Part shown: in pieces, positions 11,101 to 20,018 of the stretch
Numbering within the stretch: the stretch's first letter is position 1
How the letters are laid out: every line of letters begins with the position of its first letter
Origin: Waterburya sp.
GTDB taxonomy: Bacteria; Cyanobacteriota; Cyanobacteriia; Cyanobacteriales; Xenococcaceae
DNA: 64,000 nucleotides
Direction: 5' to 3'
NCBI GenBank assembly: GCA_965217895.1
Contig: CBDCJV010000002.1
Coordinates: 32,001-96,000, forward strand
The notes under the pieces: model-generated
What the model saw: the letters and a program-made list of their open reading frames with translations, nothing else
The model's database searches: none
Told to the model about the DNA's origin: nothing
Position numbers and translations under genes: made by a program

Positions 11101-12536
11101 TTGAAGACGGTAATATTGAATTTCTGGGTCGTATTGATAATCAGGTCAAAATTCGTGGTATCAGAATTGAACTAGGAGAAATTGAAGCTGCCCTGTTACA
11201 ATGTCCAGAAATTCAAGAAACATTAGTTACCGTCAACGCTTCCAATTTAGAGCAAAAGAGTCTGCTTGCCTACTCGATTTTAAAACCTAACTCGACCCTG
11301 ACTAGCCAACAATTGCGAAACTTTTTGGCAACCCAATTACCTGAATATGCAGTTCCTGCTGATTTTATTTTTACAGATGCTTTTCCTTTAACTCCTAACG
11401 GTAAGGTGGATCTCAAGGCATTACTAACTACGCCAACCAAAAGAGCATCGATGATGAACAATTCTTTGCCGCTGCAAAGTCCTTTGGAACTCAAATTAAG
11501 CCAGATTTGGTCAGATGTTTTAAATGTTAAACCAATTGCCAGAGACGATGATTTTTTCGCTCTTGGAGGTAATTCTCTGTTAGCGTTACGTTTATTTGAA
11601 CAAATCCATAAATCTTTTGGGGCTAATTTACCTTTAGCGACTTTATTTGAAGCACCAACTATCTCTCAACTAGCCAGCATTATTCTCAACCAAAAACAAA
11701 AAGTTTTATCATCACATTCTTCCTTGGTTAATATTCAACCTTATGGCTCAAAGCCACCTTTATTCTGTATTCATGCTGTTGGCGGTAATGTGCTGAATTA
11801 TCATCCTTTAGCCAAAGCTTTAGGAAACGATCAGCCATTTTATGGTTTACAATCACGAGGCTGGGACGGCAGAGAACTATCGTTAACCTCTATAGAAGAA
11901 ATGGCTGACGAGTATCTTCAAGCGATTAAATCGGTTCAACCACAAGGACCATATTATTTAGGCGGACATTCCTTTGGCGGTTTTGTAGCTTACGAAATAG
12001 CTTGTCAACTTGAGCAGCAAGGAGAAGCTGTGGCATTTGTAGCTTTATTTGATTGTATAGGTCCTAAAACTACCGATAAAAACGCATTACAGAAAATGTA
12101 CATTCATTTTACTAATTTTACCCAGCTATCGACATTTCAAGCATTAGATTATGTTAAATCAAAAATCAAATATCGACTAAAAGCAAAAGTCCTTCGATCG
12201 GCTCAAAAAAGATACTTTAAATTTGTTGAATTATTTTTATCTCCTCAACAAAAACTTGTGTTTAAAATTAACAACCTAAATTATCAAATATTTAGAAAAC
12301 ACACTCCTCAAACTTATGGCGGTAAATTGACCTTGTTTCGTGCCAAAATCAGAGATGCAAAAGCCTATCATGATGCCGATGGTGGCTGGAAAGGTGTGGC
12401 TTTAGGGGGTGTTGATACCTATGAAATTCCAGGCGATCATAATAGCATCCTGTTACAACCAGACACAGCTCAAATAATTGCCGAGCGAATTGACAACAGC
12501 ATATCTACAGCTAAAAGAACTAGAGTTGAAAATTAA
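8193..12536 (+). CDS. Single-module NRPS: formyltransferase - degenerate condensation-like region - adenylation (Cys-type) - PCP - thioesterase
   Basis: F domain INYHDALLP...EIDTG. A-domain cores YTSGSTGNPKG, YKTGDL, QVKIRG and NGK. PCP LGGNSLL. TE GHSFG. ATG 8193 chosen over TTG 8139. Confidence 0.9.
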   Translation: MLDNLRSKNNQKVIPKNYSFNCYLIGEGSLLIKCAELLLQQNYRIKGIVSPDLIVKRWADTNKIINLKDQQQLLKLLKEDKCDYLFSIVNHAILLPETISQVGQAINYHDALLPSYAGVNATAWAIINGEVQHGITWHEITAEIDTGNILKQVKIDLEASETSLSLNTKCYQAAIAAFSELIKELVSDRVTYTPQDLQQRSYYPRHQKPQALGIINFKQPAAAIDNLVRGLSFGNYPNSLTTAKLLLNSSDNLDYVIISRVAKLTAKSQYTPGTIVRIESDKLIVTTASQDIALQDVMTKQGEASSIEKLVADYQLLLGQQLPQIDSELSSRITTLATKLSPAEGYWRKQLIKWKPLTLPGIKKSAILVAANSYRRVKLPLGNTVIDFIQQAYGAKNASDVAIAIFAIYIARLSVNQQITLGFEGFTDKAIAPWFATCVPANLKISSKDNLATVIATVTKRRKLNQKHQSYATDLIARSPQLSNKPDDFTVSVGQNVKHPSSHLTLSIEPAECYWLYNVNAFSEELITTMLEQWQTLTAGIVSQNNPNCSIAHLPLISLSERKRLLAWNQTIVDYPADLCLHQLFEARVAEDSEAIAVVYQGQSLTRGELNRQANRLAHRLQQLGVQPESLVGICLERSLEMAIALFAILKAGGAYLPIDPNYPPARLSYILEDARLSVLLTQAKQLERLPKTAAQIICLDRDWETSNLHETKPLSQVNSHNLAYVIYTSGSTGNPKGVAIEHHSAVNTLWDIEQRFAVQPQDRVLAVSSLSFDLSVYDIFGSLGSGGTAILPLSTTRPNPEQWLELIAQEQVTIWNSAPALLELLVNYIVGFERQLPSSLRLVMLSGDRINPNLVIQLQNLNPQLQIASLGGATEASIWSICYPIASKWFANKAIPYGRPLHNQTFYILDSQQQLAPIGVTGELYIGGIGLARGYLNRPELTTARFIADPFSTKPIARLYKTGDLGRYLEDGNIEFLGRIDNQVKIRGIRIELGEIEAALLQCPEIQETLVTVNASNLEQKSLLAYSILKPNSTLTSQQLRNFLATQLPEYAVPADFIFTDAFPLTPNGKVDLKALLTTPTKRASMMNNSLPLQSPLELKLSQIWSDVLNVKPIARDDDFFALGGNSLLALRLFEQIHKSFGANLPLATLFEAPTISQLASIILNQKQKVLSSHSSLVNIQPYGSKPPLFCIHAVGGNVLNYHPLAKALGNDQPFYGLQSRGWDGRELSLTSIEEMADEYLQAIKSVQPQGPYYLGGHSFGGFVAYEIACQLEQQGEAVAFVALFDCIGPKTTDKNALQKMYIHFTNFTQLSTFQALDYVKSKIKYRLKAKVLRSAQKRYFKFVELFLSPQQKLVFKINNLNYQIFRKHTPQTYGGKLTLFRAKIRDAKAYHDADGGWKGVALGGVDTYEIPGDHNSILLQPDTAQIIAERIDNSISTAKRTRVEN

Positions 12537-12685
12537 TCTTGGCGATCGCCAATAAACAGCATCAAAAATAATGCCGCCGATTTCTAAAACTACGCTGGAA
12601 ACAGCACAACTATAGAAGCCAGACGACAAGATTTCTAGTCTAGATAAATATCGGTAAATACCGTTATTTATGATTAGATTTTATT

Positions 12686-12958
<273 letters not shown>

Positions 12959-13169
12959 TCATTAAATCGTATTCTAAATAGAATCAAGGGTTAGTTTACC
13001 CTATGCTCCTATTCTCACTTGGCAAAAGACTCGATAACTTTAAATTCTGTAACAACTAGGTTGAATTATCGATTAATTCGTTAAACAAGCTTAATATTTC
13101 TTAAGCTAACATTTTGATTTGCTGACCAAAGTTAGGTAAATAATTAAGAAAGAATCAGTTTTTGTTAGT

Positions 13170-13637
13170 ATGGTCAATCCTAATTCTCAGCACAGCCAGC
13201 CAAAATCAGCAACGCTACCGTCTCAAGCTAAGCTGATTAAAACTTACTACGATCTCATGAATTTACATCCTTCTGCTTCTACCATTGTGATTCGTCGTAC
13301 CTATCGCCAACTAAGCAAAGAATATCACCCCGATACTACCAAGCTGCCCGCCAATATTGCCACCACCAAATTTCAAAAACTTAATGAGGCTTACGCAACC
13401 TTAAGTAGCCCTGAAAAGCGATCGCTTTACGACCTCAAAATAGGCTATTCTCGCCTTAATGTAATTCAAGCACCCAGTTGGTCTGAACCCGATCGAGAAA
13501 AATGGTCCAGGACTGCCTATCTCGATCCCACCGATCGCCCTTTGTCTTCGGGAGAAATATTTGTTTTAGTTTTGTTGGGATTAACTTTTATTGGCTGTAT
13601 AATTTTAGTAATGGCGATCGCCTATTTTCGTAGGTGA
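13170..13637 (+). CDS. Type III J-domain (DnaJ-like) protein with C-terminal TM helix
   Basis: YYDLM...YHPD...LNEAYATL; hydrophobic C-terminus. Confidence 0.85.
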   Translation: MVNPNSQHSQPKSATLPSQAKLIKTYYDLMNLHPSASTIVIRRTYRQLSKEYHPDTTKLPANIATTKFQKLNEAYATLSSPEKRSLYDLKIGYSRLNVIQAPSWSEPDREKWSRTAYLDPTDRPLSSGEIFVLVLLGLTFIGCIILVMAIAYFRR

Positions 13638-13745
13638 TCGCCATTACAGCGTAAATATGCTGCTTTGCGAGATAGTCCGCTGCACGGGTTTCCAAGGGGC
13701 TATCCATTAAAAGGGGTTCTTTGCTATTATAAGTTAGCTACGTTG

Positions 13746-13830
13746 GGAGAGGTGGCAGAGTGGTCGAACGCGCTCGACTTGAAATCGGGAAAAGTGAAAG
13801 CTTTCGTGGGTTCGAATCCCACCCTCTCCG
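13746..13830 (+). tRNA. tRNA-Ser(TGA)
   Basis: GGAGAGG/CCTCTCC acceptor stem, anticodon arm CTCGA-CTTGAAA-TCGGG, long variable arm, GGTTCGAATCC T-loop. Confidence 0.95.
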
Positions 13831-13836
13831 TACTTT
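13796..13836 (+). repeat. attL core (tRNA-Ser 3' half)
   Basis: GAAAGCTTTCGTGGGTTCGAATCCCACCCTCTCCGTACTTT. Confidence 0.9.
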
Positions 13837-14198
13837 CGGGGCTATTGTACTCAGAATGTACTCAGAGTACATTGACAATTTAAGCTTCCCTCTGTGATTA
13901 TTTTGACTGTAGGTATTGACTTGAGTACTTGAGTGTGCATTAAAGCAACAGTTCTTTTGTGCTGCAAAACTAAGCCTAGACTTGACAAAATACCCACATT
14001 AGTATCCATTTTGAGTCCTTAGTTTTTCCTTAGAAGATAATACAAATGAACCAGTCTAATTTGAGCTTAAGTAGTAGCTAGCAGAGGGAAATCAGATTTA
14101 GCTCAAATCAAGTGATTTTGAGTTACTATTTAAGCGTCTGATTTTTCTACTCTCAAACCAATTTGGGTGATTTGGGTGAAAACAATTTTTGAGTAAGA

Positions 14199-14247
14199 GC
14201 ATCTTCTGAAAACGTAATACGTTTTGTTATACACTTTCTAGATATAC
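14199..14247. repeat. Element-internal repeat R1
   Basis: Shares TTGTTATACACTTTCT and an upstream TTTGGGTGAA with R3. Confidence 0.7.
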
Positions 14248-14360
14248 ACTCACTCACTAGAAACTTGCTTAATAATTTTCTAATTGCACCTATAAAAGTT
14301 TGTAATTATCCTAGTAACCTTTCGTAGTTCTATTTAACTTTTACTCAAGCCTAAAAACAG

Positions 14361-14421
14361 GGTAGGTAAGTACATCTGAAAAACGTACAACGAAGTGTAT
14401 AACACTTTTCAAAGATGCCTA
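14361..14421. repeat. Element-internal repeat R2
   Basis: GGTAGGTA..ATCT.AAAAACGTACAAC...ATGCCTA; an imperfect direct copy of R3. Confidence 0.7.
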
Positions 14422-14662
14422 CAGTAGCTAGGTTTTGCTTAATCTAAATCTAGGTAATCTAGGTTATTTCGTAGGTACTCAATTCGCTTTTTATCCTGTT
14501 GAGTAAACTTAGACTAATAGTGTTTAAAAGGCTCGTTTAAGCAGCAAGGAACTTGATAGGTATCAAAGGCAATTAATAGCCTATCAAGTCTCTAACTAGT
14601 GCCTTTATGTGTCGCTAAAGCTATTGTTTTGTTTAATTAGCTTTTTGAAAGTTACTGATAGC

Positions 14663-15643
14663 TTAGTTTTCAATTAGTGAGTAGATAGTGGTTTTGCAGT
14701 TCCTCCAAAAAGGCAACTGAATAGTTCTTTCTGTAGCGCAGTTTATTGGTGATTTACTGCTACTTTTGTCTCTGAAGTCTATTTGGTCTAAAGCAGCGTC
14801 AACTAAGGCTTTGTTAATGTCTTTTGTTGGTAGAGTACCGCTATCATTTTCTTTACCTAAACTAGCTAATTCTGTGAATAACCTTTGTGCTTTATTCTGC
14901 TTTAATTCTGCTTCCCATCTAATAAAATCTTTGTGTTGTGAGTAGATTCTAATGAACAGTTCAGAACGTCTTGAAGCTACTCCTAGCGTACCTGACCAAC
15001 CTTCATTAGTTAGGCGAAAATATTCTTTATCATTCTTTGTGAAACCGCAACAATCGCCTCTCTCAATAGCTAGTATCATTTGACGTACTGGGAACAACTC
15101 TTCTGAGTAATCATCGATAGCTACGTCTATACGGTGACATTTAAGCTTCCAATAGCTGTTTAGGTAGTTTATTAGCTTTATCTGTTCTACTAGGCTTAAA
15201 TTGGCAAAATAAGAGCCAGAAAAATCAATCATGATGTCGTAGGCATATCTGGTATTTCTACCTCTGTATTTGGCTCTTTTTGTGTAGCCTCCTATTATTC
15301 CTTTGTCAGATTCAATGCTGTTTTGATACTTCTTGCTTTTAGGCATCTTTGGATGAGTATGCCAAAGTATTTTGTTTTCAAAGCAAGGTACAGGTAAGAC
15401 TAGGTTAGCTAGTAAGTTTTCAAAAGACCTTTTACTTAATTTACTACTACTAATTCTTAAATAATCAATAGTAATTTTTAATATATTATTTTTATTTTGG
15501 GAGTCTAAGGAAGAAAGTAAAAGTGACTTAAAGCTATGAGTAGAAAGGGGTGGAGTATAACGGATATCTAGCGGGGTATTACTAGGGCTATTTTGGCTAG
15601 CTGAAAACTGCTGGTTGCTATTTTGATTGTTTGGTTTTATCAT
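14663..15643 (-). CDS. Replication initiation factor (Rep_trans family, rolling-circle initiator/relaxase)
   Basis: IDYLRIS, IDFSGSY, HRIDVAIDD, FIRIY and RWEAELK motifs. ATG 15643 preferred over TTG 15703. Confidence 0.8.
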   Translation of the reverse strand: MIKPNNQNSNQQFSASQNSPSNTPLDIRYTPPLSTHSFKSLLLSSLDSQNKNNILKITIDYLRISSSKLSKRSFENLLANLVLPVPCFENKILWHTHPKMPKSKKYQNSIESDKGIIGGYTKRAKYRGRNTRYAYDIMIDFSGSYFANLSLVEQIKLINYLNSYWKLKCHRIDVAIDDYSEELFPVRQMILAIERGDCCGFTKNDKEYFRLTNEGWSGTLGVASRRSELFIRIYSQHKDFIRWEAELKQNKAQRLFTELASLGKENDSGTLPTKDINKALVDAALDQIDFRDKSSSKSPINCATERTIQLPFWRNCKTTIYSLIEN

Positions 15644-15942
15644 TGCCTTTGTGTAAAGAAAGTTAGTCTTGTTTAACAGGGCTTCTTTTTTTTTGCTTGT
15701 CAATACCTGTTAAGTATCTTTGTACTGTTGTACTCGAAGTTTCAAAGATGGTGCAAACAGAACATAGGCAGTTACAGGAAACTTACTCAGGCAGCAAAAT
15801 AGGCTGACTAAGCAAGGTGTACCTGAAAAGTACCTTATAGAGTGCTTAAGTCACTTCAAAAGCTTGTAGATAGGCTTTTTTGAAGTGCTAATCAAACGGA
15901 AGCTAGAAGCTTATGCGGTAAAAGATGGTGTTTGGGTGAAGA

Positions 15943-16003
15943 GGTAGGTAGGCATATCTAAAAAACGTACAACACTTTGTTATACACTTTCTGGAAATGC
16001 CTA
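15943..16003. repeat. Element-internal repeat R3
   Basis: GGTAGGTAGGCATATCTAAAAAACGTACAACACTTTGTTATACACTTTCTGGAAATGCCTA. Confidence 0.7.
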
Positions 16004-16663
16004 TAAAATCGTTGGTTTAGCCGAGTAATTTTACCGTGAAGACTGTAGAAAAGCAGTAGTAATTGCAGATATATCCTAGAGGCGGTTAACCGAGATTTTA
16101 CGCCTTTGCTTCTGAATGTCAACCGTTTTTCTGCTGGAAAAATCCTTCGGACAAGCGGTTTGACATTCTTCAGCTTCGGCTATTTTTAGTGTCTGTTCCG
16201 CCTCGAAGGGATATTCAAACTGAGTTGGGAATCGACCTATGGGGCGCGCACTGAGTAAGTAGGCTGTTAATACCCCTATAACCAGTATCCAAGCAGTTGC
16301 ATCTAGGAGCTAATTCTAGGGGGGTGTTATTGGAAGTATGGGTAAGTTTCCTAATTTGCTATTAAGTGGCTAAAATAGGCAAAATACGGTTAGGGTTAGT
16401 TTGAACCAATAAAAAACGCCTCGTGGGATACGAGACGCTTGTGAAACATGGCTAAAAGATTATGTTAGAAATCTAACTCAAATATTGACTACTAGCTAAC
16501 TATTTTTGACCTTCACTTTCTTTGTGTGTTTTGTTTAGTTGAAGCTTAGTTTCGATTGAACAATAATCATAAAGTTGTTGAAAATTACATTATTACTAGC
16601 TTTGTTAATAAATACCATTTAAGGAATAAGTGATTAAGCTAAAGCTAGTAATAATAAAACATT

Positions 16664-17653
16664 TTATATTTCAGGCAAAACTTGAATGTCTATAGCTTTT
16701 CCTAGATAGTGATTTGTAATTACCGTAGGTGAAGTTCCACAAATTATTGCTATCTCGTGTATTTTTAGATTCGACTTATTCGCCATAATTGTAATAAAGG
16801 TATGTCTTGTCTGATAAGGTGCGCGGTAATCGATATTGAGATGATTAAGAATTTTCTTGTAAATCCCACCTCGGAAAGAAGAGTGATTGATATCTGGAAA
16901 AACTAAATCTGCTGGACTGGCTGGATTTATTAGTGCTTTGCGAGTAATAAGCATATTGCTGATACGGGAGTTCATTGGGAAAACTCGTCTGCGTTGTGTC
17001 TTTAAACCTTCCTTTTGAACGCCTTTACCATAACCGCCGTTGGTTGCCATAACCCGTCCTTCTTGGAAAACAATTCTATTATTCTTGAAATCAATATGCT
17101 CCCATCTCAAGCCTAAAGTCTCACTGGTTCTAGCTCCTGTATAAAAATTGAACTCTACATAATCTGCATACTTGGTGTGGCTACCTTTGTATCTTTCGTA
17201 TTTGCCTGAACGACAAGCATCAATAATCAAGTCTCTTTCTTCAATAGTAAAAGGATTGATATCAGTATCCTCTTCGTTCTTCTTCTTAGTTTTTATTGTT
17301 TTGATTAAGTCTGGATAGGGATTGTCTTTAACTATTTTCCTTCTTCTTGCCCATTCAAAGCAAGCTGAAAACTGCTTCAAGTAACGCTTGGTTTGCTTGA
17401 TGGTAGTTGTATCCATCAAATGATTAAATAGCTCGTTCATCCCTTCAACATCCAAGGTAATTTTAGGACATTTATTTATTATTCTTGAAGCTTGCTTAAT
17501 GTCATTCTCTAGATAAGAAATCTCGCAGCTATCTTGTTTAGATTTTACGTACTCAGCCCATAGGTCTTTTAACGACTGCTTACTAAAATTTCCTTGAACA
17601 ACCTTTGGCTTCAAAGATTCCTCGTAGTTAAACGAAAGTTTTCGTGGGTTCAA
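16664..17653 (-). CDS. Tyrosine recombinase/integrase; 5' end overlaps attR, apparently lacking the arm-binding domain
   Basis: YTGARTSETLGLRWEHID, K(TQRRR), PYQTRHTF and GTSPTVITNHY catalytic motifs. Its TTG start lies inside the att repeat. Confidence 0.9.
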   Translation of the reverse strand: MNPRKLSFNYEESLKPKVVQGNFSKQSLKDLWAEYVKSKQDSCEISYLENDIKQASRIINKCPKITLDVEGMNELFNHLMDTTTIKQTKRYLKQFSACFEWARRRKIVKDNPYPDLIKTIKTKKKNEEDTDINPFTIEERDLIIDACRSGKYERYKGSHTKYADYVEFNFYTGARTSETLGLRWEHIDFKNNRIVFQEGRVMATNGGYGKGVQKEGLKTQRRRVFPMNSRISNMLITRKALINPASPADLVFPDINHSSFRGGIYKKILNHLNIDYRAPYQTRHTFITIMANKSNLKIHEIAIICGTSPTVITNHYLGKAIDIQVLPEI

Positions 17654-17674
17654 ATCCCACCCTCTCCGTACTTT
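17634..17674 (+). repeat. attR core (duplicated tRNA-Ser 3' half)
   Basis: GAAAGTTTTCGTGGGTTCAAATCCCACCCTCTCCGTACTTT. Confidence 0.9.
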
Positions 17675-17850
17675 TAACTTTAATATACTCAGAGTACAAA
17701 AGAATAAAGTAGAGCCTTAACTCGTTATCTATATTTTGATGACTGGGAACATCTACTTAAATTTATGGCTACAGGACTCGAACTCGATTTTTTCACCGAC
17801 TCTAGCTAACTTATTCTAAATGAGAATTGCTGAGAGAATGAACCGAAACT

Positions 17851-17878
17851 TTGACAGGAATGGCGAACCATGTATAAT
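17851..17878 (+). promoter_or_regulatory. Sigma70-type promoter for tRNA-Ser(GGA)
   Basis: Perfect TTGACA-N16-TATAAT ending 19 nt upstream of the tRNA. Confidence 0.75.
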
Positions 17879-17897
17879 GGTAAATTGTGCATCCCTT

Positions 17898-17984
17898 GGA
17901 GAGGTGGCCGAGTGGTCGAAGGCGCAGCACTGGAAATGCTGTAACGGGGTGACTTGTTCGAGGGTTCGAATCCCTCCCTCTCCG
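17898..17984 (+). tRNA. tRNA-Ser(GGA)
   Basis: GGAGAGG/CCTCTCC acceptor stem, CAGCA-CTGGAAA-TGCTG anticodon arm, long variable arm, T-loop GGTTCGAATCC. Confidence 0.96.
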
Positions 17985-18194
17985 CTCTAAGCTAACGGGT
18001 TGGCTTTTAACGATTCTTACATTTAAAAGTCAACCTGTTAACGGCCCTTTACTCAAAAGTAAATATACACACAAGATGAGTACAATGAGTGCTTGTATAT
18101 CCCAATCATTTAATATTTGGATTTAAGCAGTTAAAAAATAAAATAGGCAATAAAAAATTTACATCACCATTTTTTAGTCATCTCAAAAGACACC

Positions 18195-18320
18195 TTTACT
18201 TTGACAGGGCAAACGCTACATACTCATCCACCTCGATCTATCACAAGACCAAATTGTTCTGGCTCGCCCAAACACTTAGCGTGTGAACGGAATTCCATTG
18301 GGTAGTTCTAAAAATCGGCG
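18195..18320 (-). pseudogene. ISAs1-family transposase relic (internally deleted)
   Basis: Minus strand gives RFLELPNGIP abutting VHTLSVWASQNNLVL**IEVDE. Both resemble ISAs1 motifs (FLELPNGIPSHDT; HMVSAWASENRLVLGQ). Confidence 0.7.
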
Positions 18321-18443
18321 TTACTAATTTTAATATAATGTCAGTATCCCTTAATTATTGAGTATGCGTCTGCCTTGTAAGGTAAACGAGATTACTTAAT
18401 AACGCTGTTAAATTATGAGCTTTTTTAGTAGCAAAAGTATTTA

Positions 18444-18719
18444 CTAAATAAAGTAGTAGTTCAAATTTAGTCTGGCTTTGCTAATTTTTTCAGAAAGACG
18501 GTTAACGGTAGCTATTTTTTGCTCAATTTGCTCAGATAGCTGAGAATTTTGGCTGTATTTTTTTTGATGGCTTTGTAGTTTAGCTAAAGTTGCTTTTACG
18601 GTAGCCAATTCTTTTTCAATTTTGATTAATAAAATAATTAGTCTGGCTATTTTTACGGTTTTTTCCTCAGCCACAACTTCTTGTTGGATCGAGGTGATGT
18701 ACTTACTAATATCTTCCAT
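18444..18719 (-). CDS. Hypothetical coiled-coil protein
   Basis: 91-aa ATG ORF with a heptad-like pattern; no recognised motif. Confidence 0.45.
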   Translation of the reverse strand: MEDISKYITSIQQEVVAEEKTVKIARLIILLIKIEKELATVKATLAKLQSHQKKYSQNSQLSEQIEQKIATVNRLSEKISKARLNLNYYFI

Positions 18720-19119
18720 GGATTTACTGATATATATTATTGATATGACAGAATAACTGGCGTTTTTTGTTCCTTAAATTCAGTATATCCGTGAATATGT
18801 GGGCATGGTATAAAGTTTCCGTAATTGTTGGAGTATTTTTGTAAATAATGTATGAATTTACTTGAATATCCCTCAAAAGCAATCAATTGCAAGTGGTTTG
18901 GGTTTATGGCATTTGCACTTTTTAACGCCTTAATTAATATTTTACAGGTTTGGATACAACATTTTCATGATTATTTCGTAGACAAATATACTTAAGGAAA
19001 TATTTCAAGCTACAAACAGTAGTAATCATCAACTGATTGCACGTTTAGCTAAAAATTTCGTTATTAACCGCCAAGAATGTTAAAACATATGTCTATATGT
19101 TTATAAAGATAGATAAGGT

Positions 19120-20007
19120 ATGACTGAGATTCTTGATACTATTGTCAAAGCTCTGCTGAAATTACTAGATCAGGCGATCGCAACTTTGCCAGGTATAATG
19201 TCGGCTTTGATCGTTTTGTTTTTAACTAAATATGCAGTACAGCTAGCCCTAAAACTTGCCGACGAAACGGGTAGACGCGCGATTAAAAGTACTTCATTAC
19301 AGTTGTTACTCAGAAAAATTTGTCGTATTGGCGTGTGGACAATTGGTATTTTGGTCGCCTGCGTCTTGGCTGTCCCTGGATTTAGCTTGGGAGATATTGT
19401 TGCTACTTTGGGTATAGGTTCAGTAGCTGTTGGTTTTGCCTTTCAAGATATATTTAAAAACTTTTTAGCCGGGATTATTTTATTGGTCGAAGAGCCATTT
19501 CGGATTGGAGATGAAGTGGAGATTAATGAATACCAAGGAAAAGTGGAAAACATTAGTATTCGCACCACCAAAATTCGCACTTATACTGGAGAGAAAGTTT
19601 TGCTACCCAACTCCACCGTCTTTACTGATGCAGTGAAGGTAGTTACAGCCTATCCTTCTCGAAGAACAGATTTAGCCGTGGGAGTAGACTATAATTCTTC
19701 TTTGCCAGAGGCTGCTAGAATTTTGGAACAAACTATCAAAAGTGTGGCTGGAGTAATTGAAGACCCTGCACCTGAGATTGATGTAGTTAATTTTAATGAC
19801 AGTTCTATTGATTTTGTAGTGCGTTACTGGACAGGCTCTCCCAAAAAGCAGCTACGCAACGTGCAAACCGTAGCAATGATCGCGATTAAAAAAGCTTTAG
19901 ATGATGCTGAAATTGGTATTCCCTACCCTATTCGCACCGTCTATCATTACAATCAGGAAAAATATAATGATTATTCTCCCGATCGCAATGTCCAACAAAA
20001 TAATTAG
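19120..20007 (+). CDS. mscS: Small-conductance mechanosensitive channel (MscS family)
   Basis: GFAFQDIFKNFLAG, PFRIGD and V.LPNS motifs. Confidence 0.92.
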   Translation: MTEILDTIVKALLKLLDQAIATLPGIMSALIVLFLTKYAVQLALKLADETGRRAIKSTSLQLLLRKICRIGVWTIGILVACVLAVPGFSLGDIVATLGIGSVAVGFAFQDIFKNFLAGIILLVEEPFRIGDEVEINEYQGKVENISIRTTKIRTYTGEKVLLPNSTVFTDAVKVVTAYPSRRTDLAVGVDYNSSLPEAARILEQTIKSVAGVIEDPAPEIDVVNFNDSSIDFVVRYWTGSPKKQLRNVQTVAMIAIKKALDDAEIGIPYPIRTVYHYNQEKYNDYSPDRNVQQNN

Positions 20008-20018
20008 ATTGAGAAAAG

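Larger units (their letters stand above)
13796..17674. mobile_element. ~3.85-kb integrative element/integrated plasmid in tRNA-Ser(TGA)
   Basis: 41-bp direct repeats with 2 mismatches at 13796-13836 and 17634-17674, duplicating the tRNA 3' half. Encodes a Rep_trans protein and a tyrosine integrase. No HIP1 octamer seen inside. Confidence 0.88.

Noticed and set aside
13746..13830. Selenocysteine or suppressor tRNA, suggested by the 'TGA'
   Set aside because: Anticodon TGA reads UCA (Ser); tRNA-Sec would have anticodon TCA.
13665..13883. 72-aa ORF
   Set aside because: It overlaps tRNA-Ser(TGA) and repeat-like DNA, so it is spurious.
17634..17674. Possible third tRNA
   Set aside because: Only the 3' half is present and the T-loop is mutated; it is attR.
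18089..18286. 65-aa ORF
   Set aside because: It is antisense to the ISAs1 relic and has no recognisable features.
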